Virus record (IMG/VR): IMGVR_UViG_3300043099_000071
Direction: 5' to 3' (one strand)
Source of the DNA: an uncultured virus (IMG/VR IMGVR_UViG_3300043099_000071)
Lineage: Duplodnaviria; Heunggongvirae; Uroviricota; Caudoviricetes
DNA: 20,000 nucleotides
This document shows positions 10,388 through 18,411 of the stretch, piece after piece (the stretch's first letter is position 1; each line of letters starts with the position of its first letter). Both the position numbers and the translations under genes were made by a program. The notes beneath the pieces are model-generated. The model saw nothing but the letters and a program-made list of their open reading frames with translations. It was not told the DNA's origin and did not search any database.

Positions 10388-11034
10388 GTACGCTGACGCA
10401 ATTTCTTGCTGGAAAATTAAAGTCACAGGAATTTTTGTCCTCGGGAACATTTACTGTTCCTGCTGGTGTTACGACTGTCTGGGTCACGATGACTGGCGGC
10501 GGTGGTAGCGGTTCTGCTAATGGTGGCTCTGGGCCGTATAACACTGGCGGTGGAGCCGCTGGTGCTTACTGCGTAAAGCAGGCCGTTGTAGTCACGCCGG
10601 GGGCATCAATCACAGTAACCATCGGTGCGGGCGGTGCAGCAGTAGCGCAAACAGGCGGCAATAACGTTGAAGCCGAAGGTAACGCTGGTGGGGATACTTC
10701 GTTTGGTTCTCTGACAGTATCTGGCGGTGGTGGCGGGTTTTCTAATCCACGTTCAAATACTGGTGGTGCGACAGGCGGTTATTACATTGGTACTAGCCAA
10801 ACTGTTGCAGGAAGTTGCGGAGGAAAACCGGGCGCAGCAGGTAGTTTTTCCACAAGCGGCGGTGCTGGCGGTTTATTTGGTAACGGCGGTTCAGGAAATG
10901 TCTCTACTGCAACAGGCGGCGCGGCAGCAGCTAATTCCGGCGCTGGTGGCGGTAGTGGAAGTACTAACGTGGCAAATGTAAGCGTTAGTGGCGCGGGCGG
11001 TTCAGGCCGTTGCATTGTGGAGTGGATATCATGA
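10384..11034 (+). CDS. Glycine-rich fibre tip/adhesin protein (216 aa)
   Basis: ATGA overlap at 10384; SGTFTVPAGVTTVWVTMTGGGGSG ... VTPGASITVTIGAGG ... GAGGSGRCIVEW, the pattern of phage Gly-rich (polyglycine-II sandwich type) domains. Confidence 0.8.
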   Translation: MSTLTQFLAGKLKSQEFLSSGTFTVPAGVTTVWVTMTGGGGSGSANGGSGPYNTGGGAAGAYCVKQAVVVTPGASITVTIGAGGAAVAQTGGNNVEAEGNAGGDTSFGSLTVSGGGGGFSNPRSNTGGATGGYYIGTSQTVAGSCGGKPGAAGSFSTSGGAGGLFGNGGSGNVSTATGGAAAANSGAGGGSGSTNVANVSVSGAGGSGRCIVEWIS

Positions 11035-11444
11035 TCAAGAATTACGCGATTGTTGAGAACGGCGTTGTAGTCAACGTTGCTGTGTCTGAGTCTGCGCTTG
11101 CTCCGAATTGGGTGCAGAGTGATGTAGCCCAGATTGGCTGGACCTATAACGGGTCAATCTTCAGTCCGCCTGCTCCAGCACCGGATACTAGGCCGCCAAT
11201 TATTACTCGGCTGGCTTTCCGTTATCGCCTAACTGATGCGGAATATGTTGGCATTTTGACCGCTGCGAAAACGGACGTTTCTGTGGCCGCATGGGTTGAG
11301 ACATTCAACATCGTCAGTCAAGTCAACTTGAACGATCCTCGCACCAAGTCTGGCCTCGACATGATGGTATCGAAAGGACTTCTGACTTCGCAGCGAGAGA
11401 CTGAGATTCTGACTGCGCCCGTACAGCCAGACGAAAGGCCGTGA
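11031..11444 (+). CDS. Fibre-associated protein (137 aa), putative assembly chaperone
   Basis: ATGA overlap at 11031; YAIVENGVVVNV...IGWTYNGSIFSPP N-domain, a Pro linker, then a helical ITRLAFRYRLT.AE domain. Confidence 0.7.
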   Translation: MIKNYAIVENGVVVNVAVSESALAPNWVQSDVAQIGWTYNGSIFSPPAPAPDTRPPIITRLAFRYRLTDAEYVGILTAAKTDVSVAAWVETFNIVSQVNLNDPRTKSGLDMMVSKGLLTSQRETEILTAPVQPDERP

Positions 11445-11454
11445 GGTAACTGCC

Positions 11455-11940
11455 ATGATGACGATGGTCTCAACGTTTCTGTCCTTTCTCGCAGGTGGGC
11501 TACCCAAGATCCTGCAAATCTTCCAAGACCGGCAGGACAAGAAGCATGAGTTGGCTTTGGTGGCTGCCCAAAAGGAGCGTGAGTTGGCCTTGGCTGAGCG
11601 CGGCTTCATTGCTCAGGCACGGGTCGAAGAGATCAAGCTGGAGCAGATCCAGACTCAGACTGCCGCTGAAGAACGTCAGGCTCTGTATAACCACGACATC
11701 GAGATCGGCAAAGGCGCTTCGCAGTGGATGATCAACCTTCGTGCTTCAGTGCGTCCGGTTGTGACTTACATCTTTGTGTTGGAACTTGTTGCTATCAACA
11801 TTGCTGGTGTTTGGTACGCCTACAACACGGGTGTGCCGTTTGCCGCTGCGATGGCAGAAGTGTTCTCGGATGACGAGATGTTGATTCTGTCTTCGATTAT
11901 CGCCTTCTGGTTTGGTACGCAGGCTTTTGGCAAGAAGTGA
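11455..11940 (+). CDS. Holin-like membrane protein (161 aa), resembles the GTA-type 3TM holin family
   Basis: RBS GAGG; hydrophobic N-terminus, charged coiled coil, VRPVVTYIFVLELVAINIAGVWY and LILSSIIAFWFG hydrophobic segments, basic C-terminus; directly upstream of and overlapping the lysozyme gene. Confidence 0.7.
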   Translation: MMTMVSTFLSFLAGGLPKILQIFQDRQDKKHELALVAAQKERELALAERGFIAQARVEEIKLEQIQTQTAAEERQALYNHDIEIGKGASQWMINLRASVRPVVTYIFVLELVAINIAGVWYAYNTGVPFAAAMAEVFSDDEMLILSSIIAFWFGTQAFGKK

Positions 11941-12425
11941 AAGTCTCCAAGGCTGCCATTGACATGATCAAACATCACGAGGGTTTGCGGACCAAGCCTT
12001 ACCGCTGCCCTGCCCTTTTGTGGACTGTCGGTGTCGGCCACGTGATTGATCCAAAACACACCGCTATCCCATTTAATGAACGCAAAGATCTACCGATACC
12101 CGCAGGGTGGGATCGCACTCTCACGATGGACGAGGTGGACGGGATTCTTTCTCAAGACCTTGGCCGGTTTGAGCGTGGTGTGGTTCGACTTTGCCCTGCT
12201 GCTGTTGGCCGTCAGGGAGTCTTTGATGCTCTCGTATCTTTTGCCTTCAACGTGGGCCTCGGCAATCTCCAGCGTTCTTCCCTTCGGATGAAGACCAACC
12301 GAGGTGAACTGGAAGAGGCGGCTGACGAGTTTCTGAAATGGACGAAGGCAGGTGGTAGAGTTCTGCCGGGATTAGTTAAACGGCGCAACGACGAACGGGC
12401 GTTGTTCCTCTCGGGAGTAGCGTAA
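11937..12425 (+). CDS. Endolysin, GH24 (T4/P22-type) lysozyme (162 aa)
   Basis: HEGLRTKPYRCPALLWTVGVGH catalytic motif (E15-C24-T30), FDALVSFAFNVG and WTKAGGRVLPGLVKRRNDERALFL. Confidence 0.95.
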   Translation: MKVSKAAIDMIKHHEGLRTKPYRCPALLWTVGVGHVIDPKHTAIPFNERKDLPIPAGWDRTLTMDEVDGILSQDLGRFERGVVRLCPAAVGRQGVFDALVSFAFNVGLGNLQRSSLRMKTNRGELEEAADEFLKWTKAGGRVLPGLVKRRNDERALFLSGVA

Positions 12426-14722
12426 TGCCCCTTACAAAACTTGAATTCCGTCCGGGCATCAACAAAGAGTCTACGAGCTACGCCAACGAAGGCGGCTATT
12501 TTGCTTGTGACAAGGTGCGGTTTCGTTCGGGTTACGCTGAAAAGCTAGGTGGCTGGGTCAATCAGTCCAGCAATACCTTCCTCGGCATCTGCCACACCCT
12601 GTGGAACTGGGTCACGTTTGGCGGCAGCAACCTGCTGGGCTTTGGCACCAACTCCAAGTACTACATCGAGAACGGCGGTACCTATTACGACGTAACTCCG
12701 ATTTTCTCTTCGGGCGTCATTGCTGCCAATCCGTTCACGACTACAAATGGTAGTTTACTTGTTACCGTCACCCAGTCCGGACATGGTTCCACGATTGGCT
12801 CATACGTAACTTTCTCTGGCGTAGCCAACAGCGGTGTTATCAACGGCATCAACTTTGACGACGAATTTGAAATTGTCGCTGTACCTACTTCCAACACGTA
12901 TCAAATTGTTGCCCCGAACGTAGCCACGGCTACGGGATCTGGCGGCGGATCGTTGGTTGTCTCGCAGTTACAAATTCCAGCAGGTCTATCGGTCTACTCC
13001 GGTGGCGTAGGCTGGGGTAAGCCGCCTTGGGGTGCAGGTGGATGGGGTTCTGCTGTGGCCGCAGGCACGGACTTGCGTTTGTGGTCGCAAGATAACTTCA
13101 ACGACGACCTGATCTTTAACTACCGCCGTGGGCCAATCTATTACTGGGCGTTGGATTTGGCGAACTATGATCGTGCCAGACTGCTCTCAGATATAGCCAA
13201 CGAGACTATCCGGGCTACTACGACGGCTACGGTATCAGCTTCGGTTACGACAATTACGGTTGCTGACCCAACTGGGATTGAATCTGGCGCGGTTATCACG
13301 GGTAGTGGTATCGCTGCTGGCACGTACGTCACGACTGCTTATGACGGCGGATTCTCGGTGCCGTTGTCGGCCACCACGACTGGCTCGTTTACCATTTCTA
13401 CTTTGACCATCAGCTACGCTGGTCGGCATATCCCTGAGCAGACGAACCAAGTCCTGACCTCAAGCGTCAGCAACTTCACCATTTGCTTTGGTTCAAACCC
13501 GTACAGCCCTGCTACGTTTACGTCGGACTTTGACCCGATGTTGGTGCGCTGGTCAGACGCTGACAATGCTTACGACTGGGTTCCAACTGCACTCAACCAG
13601 TCAGGTGAACAACTTCTCTCGCACGGTTCATTTATTCAGTGCGCGGTTGATACCCGTCAGGAAATTTTGATCTGGACGGACGCTGCGTTGTTCTCGATGC
13701 AGTACCTCGGTCCTCCGTACGTGTGGGGTATCAACTTGTTGATGGACAATATCTCCATCATCTCCCCGAACGCTGCGATCACGGTCAACAACGTTACGTA
13801 CTGGATGGGCGTAGACAAGTTCTACATGTACTCCGGTCGTGTTGAGACGCTGCCCTGCACCTTGCGTCAGTATGTTTATACCGATCTCAATACAAGCCAA
13901 TACGGTCAGATCGTGTGCGGTACGAACGAAGGTTATAACGAGATCTGGTGGTTCTACCCGTCTGCCGATAGCCTCGTGAATAACCGATACGTCATCTACA
14001 ACCATCTGGAACGTATTTGGTATTACGGCACGATTGATCGCACCGCTTGGCTTGACTCGCCGGGTCTGCGTACGTACCCGCTTGGCGTGTTTAGCCTTCA
14101 GAGTTCGTATCTGGATACGGCTATCAACTCGTCTATCACCACCATATCGCTAGTGGATGCGTCGTCATATCCCAATGAAGGCACGATCACGATTGACTCG
14201 GAACAGATTACCTATACCGGTAAAACTGGTAATACTCTCACTGGTTGTGTTCGCGGGGTTAATGGCACTACTGCTGCAAGCCATATTCAATACAGCGCGG
14301 TCGGGTTTAAAGTACCTAACCAAGTGATGCTGCATGAGTTTGGTAACGACGACGTATCTCAAAGCCCTTCACTGCCTATTGAGGCATACATTGAGTCGTC
14401 TGACTTTGATATCTCGGACGGTGAGAACTTTGGTTATGTCTGGCGTATGTTGCCTGACCTTACTTTTGCAGGGTCTAACGTCAGCAGCCCGACTGTAACT
14501 TTGACGGTCAAGCCCCGACAGAACTCGGGTAGCAATTACACGGCTGCTGATCAGCCTACTGTGACGCGCACTTCGACAATCCCGATTCAACAGTTTACGG
14601 GTCAGGTCTACACGCGAGTGCGCGGTCGTCAGATGGCGTTCCGTCTGGACTCGGTAGACAAGGGCGTGGCGTGGCAGATGGGTGCCATGCGTATTGATGT
14701 GAAACCGGACGGTCGTCGCTAG
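12425..14722 (+). CDS. Probable tail nozzle/stabilisation protein (P22 gp10-like role), 765 aa
   Basis: Beta-propeller-like segments (LVRWSD, ILIWTDAALFSMQYLGPPYVWG, YWMGVDKFYMYSGRVETLPC, EIWWFYPS, YVIYNHLERIWYYG, RTAWLD) and C-terminal TRVRGRQMAFRL...KPDGRR; position just ahead of the ejection-like genes. Confidence 0.7.
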   Translation: MPLTKLEFRPGINKESTSYANEGGYFACDKVRFRSGYAEKLGGWVNQSSNTFLGICHTLWNWVTFGGSNLLGFGTNSKYYIENGGTYYDVTPIFSSGVIAANPFTTTNGSLLVTVTQSGHGSTIGSYVTFSGVANSGVINGINFDDEFEIVAVPTSNTYQIVAPNVATATGSGGGSLVVSQLQIPAGLSVYSGGVGWGKPPWGAGGWGSAVAAGTDLRLWSQDNFNDDLIFNYRRGPIYYWALDLANYDRARLLSDIANETIRATTTATVSASVTTITVADPTGIESGAVITGSGIAAGTYVTTAYDGGFSVPLSATTTGSFTISTLTISYAGRHIPEQTNQVLTSSVSNFTICFGSNPYSPATFTSDFDPMLVRWSDADNAYDWVPTALNQSGEQLLSHGSFIQCAVDTRQEILIWTDAALFSMQYLGPPYVWGINLLMDNISIISPNAAITVNNVTYWMGVDKFYMYSGRVETLPCTLRQYVYTDLNTSQYGQIVCGTNEGYNEIWWFYPSADSLVNNRYVIYNHLERIWYYGTIDRTAWLDSPGLRTYPLGVFSLQSSYLDTAINSSITTISLVDASSYPNEGTITIDSEQITYTGKTGNTLTGCVRGVNGTTAASHIQYSAVGFKVPNQVMLHEFGNDDVSQSPSLPIEAYIESSDFDISDGENFGYVWRMLPDLTFAGSNVSSPTVTLTVKPRQNSGSNYTAADQPTVTRTSTIPIQQFTGQVYTRVRGRQMAFRLDSVDKGVAWQMGAMRIDVKPDGRR

Positions 14723-15324
14723 TGTCTATAACTAGCAAAAGACGAAACATCGTAAACCCAAGCTTGCCGGTAGCTCCGGTGAGCTATGAGCAGCGGTATC
14801 AGGATCAGTACAGCAACGTCATGCGTCTGTACTTGAACCAAGTCAGTAACGCCGTCAACGCACCACGACCATACGGATCTTTTTACAGCAACGTCGATCA
14901 GACTAATCCTGTTGCCAATGCTGTTAATTTGATGACGTATAACCAGACGGTTGATTTTTTTAACGTCAGTATCGGCGCTATCAACTCTCGTGTGTACGTA
15001 GCTGAAGAAGCTATCTACAACATTCAGTTCTCCGCCCAGCTAGACAAGTCTGGTGGTAGTGCGTCTGCCGTATATATCTGGCTCAGGCTTAACGGTCAGA
15101 ATGTTGCAAACAGCGCAACTAAAGTTACTATCGACGGACCAAACTCTGAGATCGTGGCCGCATGGAATTTTGTGCTGCCTCTGGCTGAGAATGACTACTT
15201 TGAGCTTGCTTGGCAGTCGTCAGATACCAACGTGTTTCTGGCAGAAGAGCCTGCCTTGGGTAATGTCCCCGAGATCCCGTCCGTTATTCTGACCGTCACG
15301 TGGGTGTCCAATGTGTCGGTATGA
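14722..15324 (+). CDS. Virion protein with short helical N-terminus and C1q/TNF-like jelly-roll head (200 aa), tail needle/plug candidate
   Basis: TAGTG overlap; LPVAPVSYEQRYQDQ...LYLNQV helix, then YGSFYS...IYNIQFSAQL...VYIWLRLNG...LAENDYFELAW strands. Confidence 0.6.
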   Translation: MSITSKRRNIVNPSLPVAPVSYEQRYQDQYSNVMRLYLNQVSNAVNAPRPYGSFYSNVDQTNPVANAVNLMTYNQTVDFFNVSIGAINSRVYVAEEAIYNIQFSAQLDKSGGSASAVYIWLRLNGQNVANSATKVTIDGPNSEIVAAWNFVLPLAENDYFELAWQSSDTNVFLAEEPALGNVPEIPSVILTVTWVSNVSV

Positions 15325-15326
15325 AG

Positions 15327-15335
15327 TGTTAATAT
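15327..15335 (+). promoter_or_regulatory. Possible extended -10 promoter element (TGtTAATAT) ahead of the ejection genes
   Basis: Lies in the longest intergenic gap of the window (15325-15363). There is no matching -35 at 17-bp spacing, and the match to consensus is weak. Confidence 0.2.
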
Positions 15336-15363
15336 CAGCCCAAATTGACCCGGTGGGGTGAGT

Positions 15364-18300
15364 ATGTACAACAACGACCCAAGATACACTAATCCCCCCG
15401 AGGCTGGGCTTGCCTCCCTTTTGGCTTCGCGTGGTCGGAATGGGGATTCTGTGCTTGTGCATATGGCTCCCGAGGAAGCGCAGGGTTTGCAGTCCTTGGC
15501 CGTCGCTCACGGCGGTAGCCTAACGGTCAATCCTCATACGGGGGCGCTTGAAGCCTCGTTCCTCAAGAAGATCCTGCCCCAGATCGCCGGTGCCGTATTG
15601 ACTGGCGGATTTGGTATGAATCCGTTTACTGCCGCAGCCACGGTAGGTGCAGTGACTGGGCTAGTTGAAGGTGATCTACAAAAAGGCTTAATGGCGGGTC
15701 TGGGTGCGTACAGCGGTGCCAATATTGCCGGTGCATTTAAAGCAGCGGGAACTCCAACTGCCCCCCCTGAGACAGGTAGCACAGTAAAAACAGAAGCTCC
15801 TCCGACCCCCAAGTTTGGCGCGGTTTCTACCAAGGATCAGATTCTGTACGGTGCACAGGGGCCACGTACATTTGATGTTGATCCACTCGCTCGTCAAAAC
15901 TGGGCGGCGTCAAATACCCCGACCGGTGCTGCACCAATTCAAGCGCAGACTACTGTCAAACCGCCTTCTACATCACCCTCTGGGCTTGGTGCGCTTGGGC
16001 AAGGTGTCCGTAATGTATTCACGGGTCAAGAAGGTGCCGGTGGCAAGTTCATGGAAGCACTTGGCGGTCCGCTAAGTAAATACGCTACGTTTGCCGGGGC
16101 GATGATCCCATTTGCTGAAGAACCCAAGCCGTTGAATGTTCCGGGCATGGGCGAAGAAACTTTCTATGTGCCGGGTGGATTTAACCCGCTTTATGGCACG
16201 GGTGCTGATCAACCGTATCAACTGCCGGGTAAGTACTACAAGCGCACCAAGAAAGGCGTTGTTCCTATTAATCCGTGGGGTCCGACCGGCATGGCGGCTG
16301 GCGGTCCAGTGCAAACGGCTAATCAAGATATGAACATGCCGATGCCGTATCCGCATCCGAACCAGAATTACCCGCTCTCTACGGTGGTCAAGGCTAACTA
16401 CTCGCCACAGTATCTTTCAAACGTGCCACAGCCCCGCGAGGTGTTGTCTGGTTACGACACGAAGGTTGATCCATTTACGGGTGAAGAAAAGTTTGCGGCG
16501 GGTGGTGAGGCTACTACTACTACCCAAGAAAATCCAAATGTAGTGGCTAACCGTAAGTACGTTGAAGAGCTTAATCGCCGTGCTTTGAATCCGGTAGTAA
16601 ATCCATATGGAATGAATTTCGCTGGGGGATTGGGCGGTACAAACACTCCGTGGACGGGTACCAATCCTTATGGTGGACCTTTAACTCCCCCGGCAGGTGG
16701 GACGACGGGTGGATCAACGGGAGGCGGCGCGGGAGATGTCGCTGCCTTTCTGGCCACTCAAGTCGGTATGAATTGGATGATGCAACCCGGTAATGCGTTG
16801 GCATTGAAAAACTGGATTTCTGGCGGTATGAAGTGGGCTGATCGTCCATTTTTGAACGCAGATAAAACCGCCGGGACTGGTACAGGAACAAATACCGGAA
16901 CAGGCCAAACCGGTACTCAAACCGGTGGTGATACAACTGGGCAGACTCAAACTGGCGGCGATACTACTGGACAAACTCAAACTGGTAGTGGAGAAGGAAC
17001 ACCCCGCTTTGATCCAGTTAAAGGTATCGTAATTGCTGGGGGTACGAGCGCGGCTGCGATTGCAGCGGCCAAGGCTCTTGCTGCTCAAAAAGGCGTGCTT
17101 ACAGTTACGCTTTTGGACGGCACTGTTGTCGCAGGTGGAGGTGCCGCTGCTGGTGCAGGTGCGGGTGTCGGCGCTGCTGGCGCTGCGACTGGTGGTACGG
17201 GTGCTGCGACTGGTGGTACGGGTGCTGCTACAACTGGAGCAGGTGCTGGTGGCGGAGCCGGGTCTTCAATCGGTAGTACGTTGGCTAAGGCCGCTCCGTA
17301 TGCTGCGTTAGCACTTGGCGCACAACAAGCGTACCAAGGAATCAGCAAAGGTAGGGAAGGTCAGGCTGCGCTTGGCGGCGGTCTTGCTGGTGCTGGCGGT
17401 GCTGCGCTTGCAGGCACGGGTGGATTTGGAAGCATGGCGGGTCTCGCCGCGCTTGGCCCTGCTGCATTGATCGGCGCGGGTATCGCTGCCATTGGGGCTT
17501 CGTTGGTCAATACTAAAGAACAGGGCGACATTGCTCTGCGTAATTACTGGAAAGCCGTTGACCAAGGTCGTGGATTGGGCAGTGCGCCGCCTGAAGAACT
17601 TGCAAACGGATTCATCAACTTCTACCGCACCAACAAAAATGAGTTTGCTGGCCAAGAAAAATACGGACGCAAGGGTAACGAAGATTTTGTTTACGACATG
17701 ACCCAGATCGTGAACAACGCGGTGGATAAAGGTATTGTGTCGAAGGACGCGAGTGCCGAAGAGATCTACAAGAAGGCAGTGCAACCTTGGTTGAACACGA
17801 TGGGTTCCGGTCCGAAAGATCCGAAAGCCCGTGCTATCCAAGACTTCATGATGACTGACTTAATCTACAACTTCATGCAGGGCAAACCGATCAGCAACGC
17901 GCAGGTCAAGGGCGACAAGAATTACAAGATTGTTAGCCAGAAGCCCGTCTTTGCTGGTAACGCCCCCGCCGTTGCCGCGACTAAATCAGTCATGGAAGAA
18001 CCACAGTATGGCGCGGGCATGGGAGCATTTGACCCCTACAATCCATACGGTGCCACGATGCAGTTTGCTGATGGCGGTGCTATTGGTGAGGACTACAACT
18101 TCGGCTTTGCTCAAGGTGGTATGCCCGAGTACAAGGCTGGCGGTAAGTTGTTAGATGGTCCGGGCGATGGAATGTCTGACAGCATCCCTGCCGTGATTCG
18201 CGGTAAGGGTGTACAACGTGCTGCGTTGGCTGATGGCGAGTTCGTCATCCCGGCTGATGTGGTATCGCATCTCGGTAATGGCTCCACCAAGGCAGGGGCC

Positions 18301-18399
18301 AAAAAGCTTTATCAAATGATGGCGCAGGTTCGGAAGGCACGTACGGGCAAAACAAGACAAGCCCCTGCGGTGAAGACTGACCGATTCTTACCTGCTTAA
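15364..18399 (+). CDS. Large internal virion/DNA ejection protein (about 1011 aa)
   Basis: ATG 15364 follows GGGGTGA (alternative start GTG 15358). Gly/Ala-rich hydrophobic stretches and low-complexity linkers; N-terminal GRNGDSVLVHM...VNPHTG and C-terminal GPGDGMSDSIPA...LADGEFVIPA domains; position after the nozzle and needle candidates. Confidence 0.7.
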   Translation: MYNNDPRYTNPPEAGLASLLASRGRNGDSVLVHMAPEEAQGLQSLAVAHGGSLTVNPHTGALEASFLKKILPQIAGAVLTGGFGMNPFTAAATVGAVTGLVEGDLQKGLMAGLGAYSGANIAGAFKAAGTPTAPPETGSTVKTEAPPTPKFGAVSTKDQILYGAQGPRTFDVDPLARQNWAASNTPTGAAPIQAQTTVKPPSTSPSGLGALGQGVRNVFTGQEGAGGKFMEALGGPLSKYATFAGAMIPFAEEPKPLNVPGMGEETFYVPGGFNPLYGTGADQPYQLPGKYYKRTKKGVVPINPWGPTGMAAGGPVQTANQDMNMPMPYPHPNQNYPLSTVVKANYSPQYLSNVPQPREVLSGYDTKVDPFTGEEKFAAGGEATTTTQENPNVVANRKYVEELNRRALNPVVNPYGMNFAGGLGGTNTPWTGTNPYGGPLTPPAGGTTGGSTGGGAGDVAAFLATQVGMNWMMQPGNALALKNWISGGMKWADRPFLNADKTAGTGTGTNTGTGQTGTQTGGDTTGQTQTGGDTTGQTQTGSGEGTPRFDPVKGIVIAGGTSAAAIAAAKALAAQKGVLTVTLLDGTVVAGGGAAAGAGAGVGAAGAATGGTGAATGGTGAATTGAGAGGGAGSSIGSTLAKAAPYAALALGAQQAYQGISKGREGQAALGGGLAGAGGAALAGTGGFGSMAGLAALGPAALIGAGIAAIGASLVNTKEQGDIALRNYWKAVDQGRGLGSAPPEELANGFINFYRTNKNEFAGQEKYGRKGNEDFVYDMTQIVNNAVDKGIVSKDASAEEIYKKAVQPWLNTMGSGPKDPKARAIQDFMMTDLIYNFMQGKPISNAQVKGDKNYKIVSQKPVFAGNAPAVAATKSVMEEPQYGAGMGAFDPYNPYGATMQFADGGAIGEDYNFGFAQGGMPEYKAGGKLLDGPGDGMSDSIPAVIRGKGVQRAALADGEFVIPADVVSHLGNGSTKAGAKKLYQMMAQVRKARTGKTRQAPAVKTDRFLPA
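16921..16980 (+). repeat. Two 30-bp units encoding TGGDTTGQTQ
   Basis: accggtggtgatacaactgggcagactcaa / actggcggcgatactactggacaaactcaa: identical peptide, synonymous differences only. Confidence 0.9.
17182..17223 (+). repeat. Perfect 21-bp tandem duplication encoding AATGGTG
   Basis: gctgcgactggtggtacgggt x2. Confidence 0.95.
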
Positions 18400-18411
18400 T
18401 CGGGAGCGATC

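Noticed and set aside
12046..12291. Hydrophobic 81-aa alternative-frame ORF inside the lysozyme as a possible embedded spanin or holin
   Set aside because: No Cys lipobox and no convincing RBS; Leu-rich shifted frames occur throughout this window.
15325..15363. Intrinsic terminator in the longest intergenic gap
   Set aside because: Only a weak 4-bp stem (accc/gggt) with no U-tract.
15364..18399. Classical siphophage tape measure protein
   Set aside because: Despite the GEFV-type C-terminal motif, it lacks long helical aromatic-spaced repeats, is rich in Pro and Gly, and has no adjacent tube or tail-chaperone genes.
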